Assembly: GCA_019828565.1 (NCBI GenBank)
Contig: JAHDYR010000024.1
Coordinates: forward strand, 216,734-280,733
DNA from: Carpediemonas membranifera BICM
Lineage: Eukaryota > Protista > Fornicata
Length of the DNA stretch: 64,000 nt
Reading direction: 5' to 3'
Shown: positions 58,966 to 64,000 of the stretch, piece after piece
Layout of the letters: each line of letters starts with the position of its first letter
Position numbering within the stretch: position 1 is the stretch's first letter
Position numbers and translations under genes: made by a program
Notes under the pieces: model-generated
The model's database searches: none
The model's input: only the letters and a program-made list of their open reading frames with translations
Told to the model about the DNA's origin: nothing

Positions 58966-59669
58966 GATTATAAGGCTCTCAGGACCTAATGAAAAAAATT
59001 CATAAGGCTCTGAGAGCCTAATAAACTCATGCGGAAAAAAATGACCAGTATCAGTAGGCAACGGCGCGCGGGAGATTCATTAGGCTCTGAGAGCCTTATA
59101 CACGATTTCGAATTGGTGTATAAGGCTCTGAGAGCCTTATGAACTCAGAGAGGTCCTCGGGGCACTTCGGTGCAGAATTTTGATTGGGCATCTGATTGGA
59201 CCATGGGGCGGATGCTCAGAGGGATGAATGCGAGCTCAATGGAGACCATTGGACATGTCAGAGATGGCATGTCCAGGTGAAGGTCCATCATGGAAGGAGC
59301 CATTCACGATAAGTCTTCTAAATGTTGTGTTGCGAGCGTCTGAAGGGCTTTCTCTGGATACCGACCAAGATGGAGGTCACGTGGATCAACGGACGATAAT
59401 TGCGGTATTCTGGCCTTGTATGCCACTCTTAAATCCATTGTTTGATCCATTCCCGCGTTTATAGTTCATCTCAACGCTTCCTCGACGAGTTACAATTGTT
59501 GATGTTGTTTAGGTTCTATTACAGGCCATTCGAGGCCACAGAGCTCTCATGATGTTGTTTTAGTGATATACACATGCTTGCCAGCGTTTGAGGATCGATA
59601 CTCTTCTCCTTTCTTCGTTTGGTTTTCTAATTTCGTTGCGAGCATAAAAGTGCACCTTGAAGAAACGTT

Positions 59670-60357
59670 ATGCCTCCGAAACGGAGTAATACTGCTAAGA
59701 GCAAGGGCAGAAAGCGTCTAAACGCTGTGGAAATGATTTCTACTTACTTAGAGAAGGAGCACGCTGCTGGAAGCATCTCCGCTGCCGATGTCGCCACCGG
59801 AAACCGCATTTGCAATGAGGTGGTTGACAGACGCCCCAATGACCTCCCCCACATTCGTTCCGGAGGATCTTAGGGATGAAGCGGAGTTCCGTTCTCTCGA
59901 TAGCATTGAGCAGATCATGGCGCAGTACAAGGGCGAGTCTTCTGAGGCCAAGGAGAAGCGCTTCAGGGCCCTCATCAGCCTGGACGCCGAAGGAGATGAG
60001 GTCGACCATGGCAGCCCTCTCTTGGCAACTGTCCGTGAGTACCGCGAGCTGTTCCACGGCATCCCTCAGTCGGTCCGCCCCCGCGCTTACGCCTTCGTCG
60101 CCCAGAGGCTTGGTATCTCTGTCGACAAGGTCAGAGAGGTCCTTCTGGAGAGTGTGTGCCGCAAGGACTCTAAGCTCATCTTCGAGCGTCCGCAGCTTGT
60201 CCTCAAGAAGCACTCGAAGACCTTCAAGGACCTCGCCGCTGTGATTGAGAAGAGGAACGCTGCCCGTGCCGCTGCAGAGGCTCGTGATGTTCTGCGTATA
60301 CCCGTTTACGCGAGCCTCCTGCTCTTCCACGCAGCTAACGTCAACTCAAATGAGTAA
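59670..60357 (+). CDS. ORF-X homologue (copy 2; frameshift near 59850)
   Basis: Homologous to 32685-33389; N-terminus MPPKRSNTAKSKGRKR. Confidence 0.75.
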
Positions 60358-60377
60358 TAAATCGACTGCTTCTTCAT

Positions 60378-61338
60378 TTAATCTTCATTCTCTTCCTCAT
60401 CTTCCTTCTCAGACAGCAGATGGTACCACTCTTCCTCGAAATAGTTCTCTTTCTGGTAATCCTTACGCATCTTTGATCTCTTATCCACGATCTTTTTGGA
60501 CCAAATCCCTTCGGTTGCTGTCGTAAAGGGCGATGATTATCTCACGTTGCTTCTTGCGCGTCGGGTGCGGGGTAACACTCTTCCTCAGACGCTTAATGTA
60601 GCGGTTGAGCTTGTCCGAGGGCTTGGTGGGCAGGGTGGGTTGGGTGGCTTGGGTTCTCTTTGGGGGAGGCTGGACCTGGTCCACAGAAGTGAAAGCCGTA
60701 CCGTAGTCGACGGACGGGGGAGCCCTCCAGGACTTCATGGCATATCCATGGCAAGCAACGAGACTCTCACCGAGCTTCGTCCACTTGTTCGGGCCGTATG
60801 TTGCCTCCATGGTCACCAGTTTCGCATCATCCAGGTACTCCATCGTGGACTTTTTGCTTGGAGATGGACATCCCCATACGCTGGTAGGCTGGCACAAGAG
60901 AACTTACACACTGCAGGCGGATCCTCTGTCCGGCAGAGGCAACCGAAAGAAGAATCGTGGCGAGACCATTGCCCCTGGCATAGAATGCCGTGCGAATAAC
61001 CACAACATATAAGTCCTGGCGCAGCTCGGAAGGGGTTTCATCAGTAGCTTCGGTGTTGTATGACTCCTTCGTGAGCAACAAGGCCGAAATGATGGAATCA
61101 GTCTTGCAGTCACGAATCGCAACCAATCTGGGTAAATACCTGGGCAACACTGGGTGAACAAACATGAAGAAGCGATGATCGATGTCATCAACTCCTCTCG
61201 TGGCAACGTCCTGCTTAAAAAAACGTACGGACACTGGGGATGATGTCTGACTTATCAGAAAGTCTTACGTACTGTATATAAGCCTTATGGGCTGCAAGAG
61301 TATCCTCTGTCCAAGATTCTTTTCCCCGTTTGGTTCAT
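60378..61338 (-). CDS. GNAT acetyltransferase (copy 2; 36-nt intron 61128-61163; frameshifts)
   Basis: IRTAFYARGNGLATILL, YQRMG; KAYIQYV and GPNKWT shared with copy 1. Confidence 0.75.
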
Positions 61339-61468
61339 TTTCACAAACTTTTGTGAAACCTGCGAAATGTGAAATGTGCCATTCATGAAAAAAAAGTGGC
61401 ACATATGAAAAAAATGAATGAATTTATCACGGAACCATCTTACATCACTTTTATATCACGCGGATGCC

Positions 61469-64000
61469 TCAATTCTGTCTGCTACACTCTCCACACAGGC
61501 AGCAAACTAACTCTATGCCATGGTCCGCCAGACTGCATGACATCGTGCCCTCCTCACCCCACGTCAGCGTCGTATGCTCTTCTACAAACTCCCACACTTC
61601 ATCAACAGTCTCCTGAAAGGTCTGGATCATCTCACGAGTTGGCTCGAAGGTCACGGTGGTCAGTGTGCGGACACCAAACCAATGCTTCGCATCCTTACAG
61701 CAGTCGTGAACTCGCACACACTTGAGTCGCTGGAGCTGGGGGACAGAGTAGTCCTGCCGACCAAAAGAACGCATGCCCGTCAGGAAGGAACACGCGAGAG
61801 TTGTCTGCTCGATCAAGCAAATGCCCTCAAGGACTGCCTTCCTGTGCAACTTGGCTGCTACCTCCTGGTTCTTGATGAACTCTCGCTCAAAGTACTCCTC
61901 TAGGATATAGAACAGCGGCACCTTGAGATGCTTGTGGCACAGGGGGCTGCGTCGTGAGTCTGCTGATGCTGTAGAGGTTCTCAGCGCACGGTTTCTCCTT
62001 CGTCTTCGCTTCGCTGCTTGATAGCAGGGATATGGAAGTCTTATCCTTGTTAGGAATGAACGCAATCGTGACGTGAATGAGGTGGGGCCACTGCGGCAGC
62101 CATGAAGTGAAACGCGACAGCCGCGTCAGTCACAGGTTCGGACGAGTAGTACATGGCCTGGAGGTAGCCAATGAGCCGAATGATATCTTGAATGCACTCA
62201 GGGAGAGCAACGTAGTCCTCTTGGTCGTGGCAGCCATCCTTACACGTGCGGACGACTGCTCGTTACAACCTACGGTCCTATCGATGCTTCGCATGGACGA
62301 CATACGGCCAAGCTTAAGGTTGAGGAGCTTATTCTGGATGATCTCCTCGCGGGACCCGCGGGTGGTGGGATGCTTCTTGAAAGAACCACAGATATGGGCA
62401 ACCTGCTCGAGTAAACGGTGCGAGTCGTGCATGAATGGAGGGCATATGACGATCTTCTCAAGAGGGATGACACTACAATTCTCGAACACCATGCGTTCAT
62501 TGGTGAAATCGCCATAGATTGCAAGTACATCTTGAACTCGGTTCGGGTCGTCGACTTCAGCCTGGTATGCTGTCTTATCGTCCAGGTTGTCCTTGATGGT
62601 GAGACGATGGCGGCCTGCTATCGGGTGGAGCGCCTTACTTTTTGTGGTAAATCGTGTTGCAAGGGTGTGGATAGTTGGGCCGGCCCGACTTTCTGGACAG
62701 CATGTGGCGGAGGGCGGCATGATCGCCCATGACGATGACATGGTCGAAGATTGTGACCTCACCAGTGTCTCTGATGGGTATCTGACTCGTGTATAGGCGC
62801 TCAATCTCCTTCTCGACGCGAGAAAGAGACTCTTCCATCAACAAATCACCCTCGCTACCCATATACTCGACTATACGGAAAAGGTGGAGTAATCTTGTTG
62901 GGGAATGTGAAGCCTGTGGGGTCGTAGATGCGGAGCTTGAAGGCAGCAGAACCCCCTTTCCACCCGTCAAGCCATAGTAGGATCTTCATGGGGCTAAACG
63001 TGACTCCAACCCTGTTGCCAAGGGCGTTCTTGCATCGAACGTAGTTGGGCTGGTCCGACTCGAGCCATTCCGGGTGGCGAACAGCTTGCTTGAGGTAACG
63101 AACGGCATCAAACCAGACTCGATCAACCTTGTCCCATGTGGAGCTGTTGAGCCGCTTGCCGAGGGTGACTCCCTGGGTCTGCTTGAGCTCAGGGCGATGA
63201 CTTGTGGCCTCATCGCTCGTCTCGTAGTGAAGATCAAGCATTGGCTTCTCCCACTTGAAGTCAATGACGTTCTCCGCGTCCGTCAGGGCTGGATATCGAC
63301 ACCCTCGTCCACCGTTAGGCGATTGGTGCACTCGAGTCTCGACTTTGTGCCATTTCTGCCCCACCGCCAGGTCGTGTTGACTGTGACAGACTCCACAGGG
63401 ACGAGATGACCCAAGAAAGCAACCTCTGGTCTAGTCAGCGCTGCAACCAGGCCGTTGATCTTGGTGATATTGACCTGCAACTGCTTCACGAAGATATCAG
63501 CAGCCTTGCTGGAGATGATTGGCATATGAAGTCGCGCAGAAAGACTACGGATGAGCTTAAAGAGCTCATGGGTTGCGTTACAACCCGACTTGATGTACAT
63601 CAGGATAGAAACAAGCTCCAAAAATCTGCTTGTAGTTGCCGCTCTCAGTTGAGACCTCGTGCTGTCTCCGCAAGCGTTCGTGGGTGACAGCAATACGCGC
63701 GTGGTCACGTACGAAGACATCGAAGGTCGGGGGCGACTCCTATGGGGAACGTACTGCACGCAAGAAGGGTCGAGAGTCGTGCGGTCGGCGAAAAATCTCG
63801 GATCGACCTCCATGTCCGCAAATAGGCCCTGGTTAGCCATTTCCAAGATGAGTTCACGGAATTCTCGGCGCTGGCGGCCTCGATCCTGTGTATTTCCGCC
63901 AATACCAACAAGGGAGAGGTATGTATGAGCGAGAATGTAGTTCATACGCTCTGCAGTCCTTGGAGGGCCAGTATTGTCGTAGACAGTGCCAATGAAGGTC
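61469..64000 (-). CDS. Putative DDE transposase (copy 2; multiple frameshifts; start beyond window)
   Basis: WLDGWKG, VMGDHAA, PPFMHDSHRLLEQ, LEEYFERE. Confidence 0.65.

Larger units (their letters stand above)
53624..64000 (-). mobile_element. Cargo DNA transposon copy 2, divergent subfamily, inverted, continuing past the window end
   Basis: Starts CATACTGTAAGAATGGC; same seven genes in the same order and orientation as copy 1. Confidence 0.92.

Noticed and set aside
58971-59140. CRISPR array
   Set aside because: Few repeats, irregular spacing, eukaryotic context and no cas genes.

Overview
Eukaryotic (protist-like) DNA. Short 31-37 nt introns of the form GT(A/T)TGT or GTAAGT ... TTWACMCAG suggest a fornicate/metamonad host, which is inference. 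Positions 1-44.6 kb are a transposon nest: two CRE-like non-LTR elements next to a tRNA-Thr(AGT), DIRS-type tyrosine-recombinase retroelements, five nested chromodomain Ty3/gypsy elements and a degenerate Fanzor/TnpB-like gene. Positions 44.7-51.3 kb are ordinary host genes: RRM protein, TSPO, AEC transporter and a dTMP kinase-IPP isomerase-HIT fusion. Two systems stand out. (1) An 11.8-kb TIR DNA transposon family (CATACTG...CAGTATG ends, probable 2-bp TSD) with a CMC/Transib/RAG1-like DDE transposase. It carries a conserved, intron-containing cargo of predicted chromatin enzymes: GNAT, SET, OTU, PHD and a caspase/CHAT-like protease. There is one complete copy, one divergent inverted copy running off the window, and one truncated copy. 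(2) Four different gypsy families with very short LTRs (53-103 bp) have a perfect 10-14 bp palindrome abutting the 5' LTR where the tRNA primer-binding site should be, suggesting tRNA-independent, dimer-primed reverse transcription. Many frameshifts fall in homopolymers and may be assembly errors. All domain calls are by-eye motif recognition.
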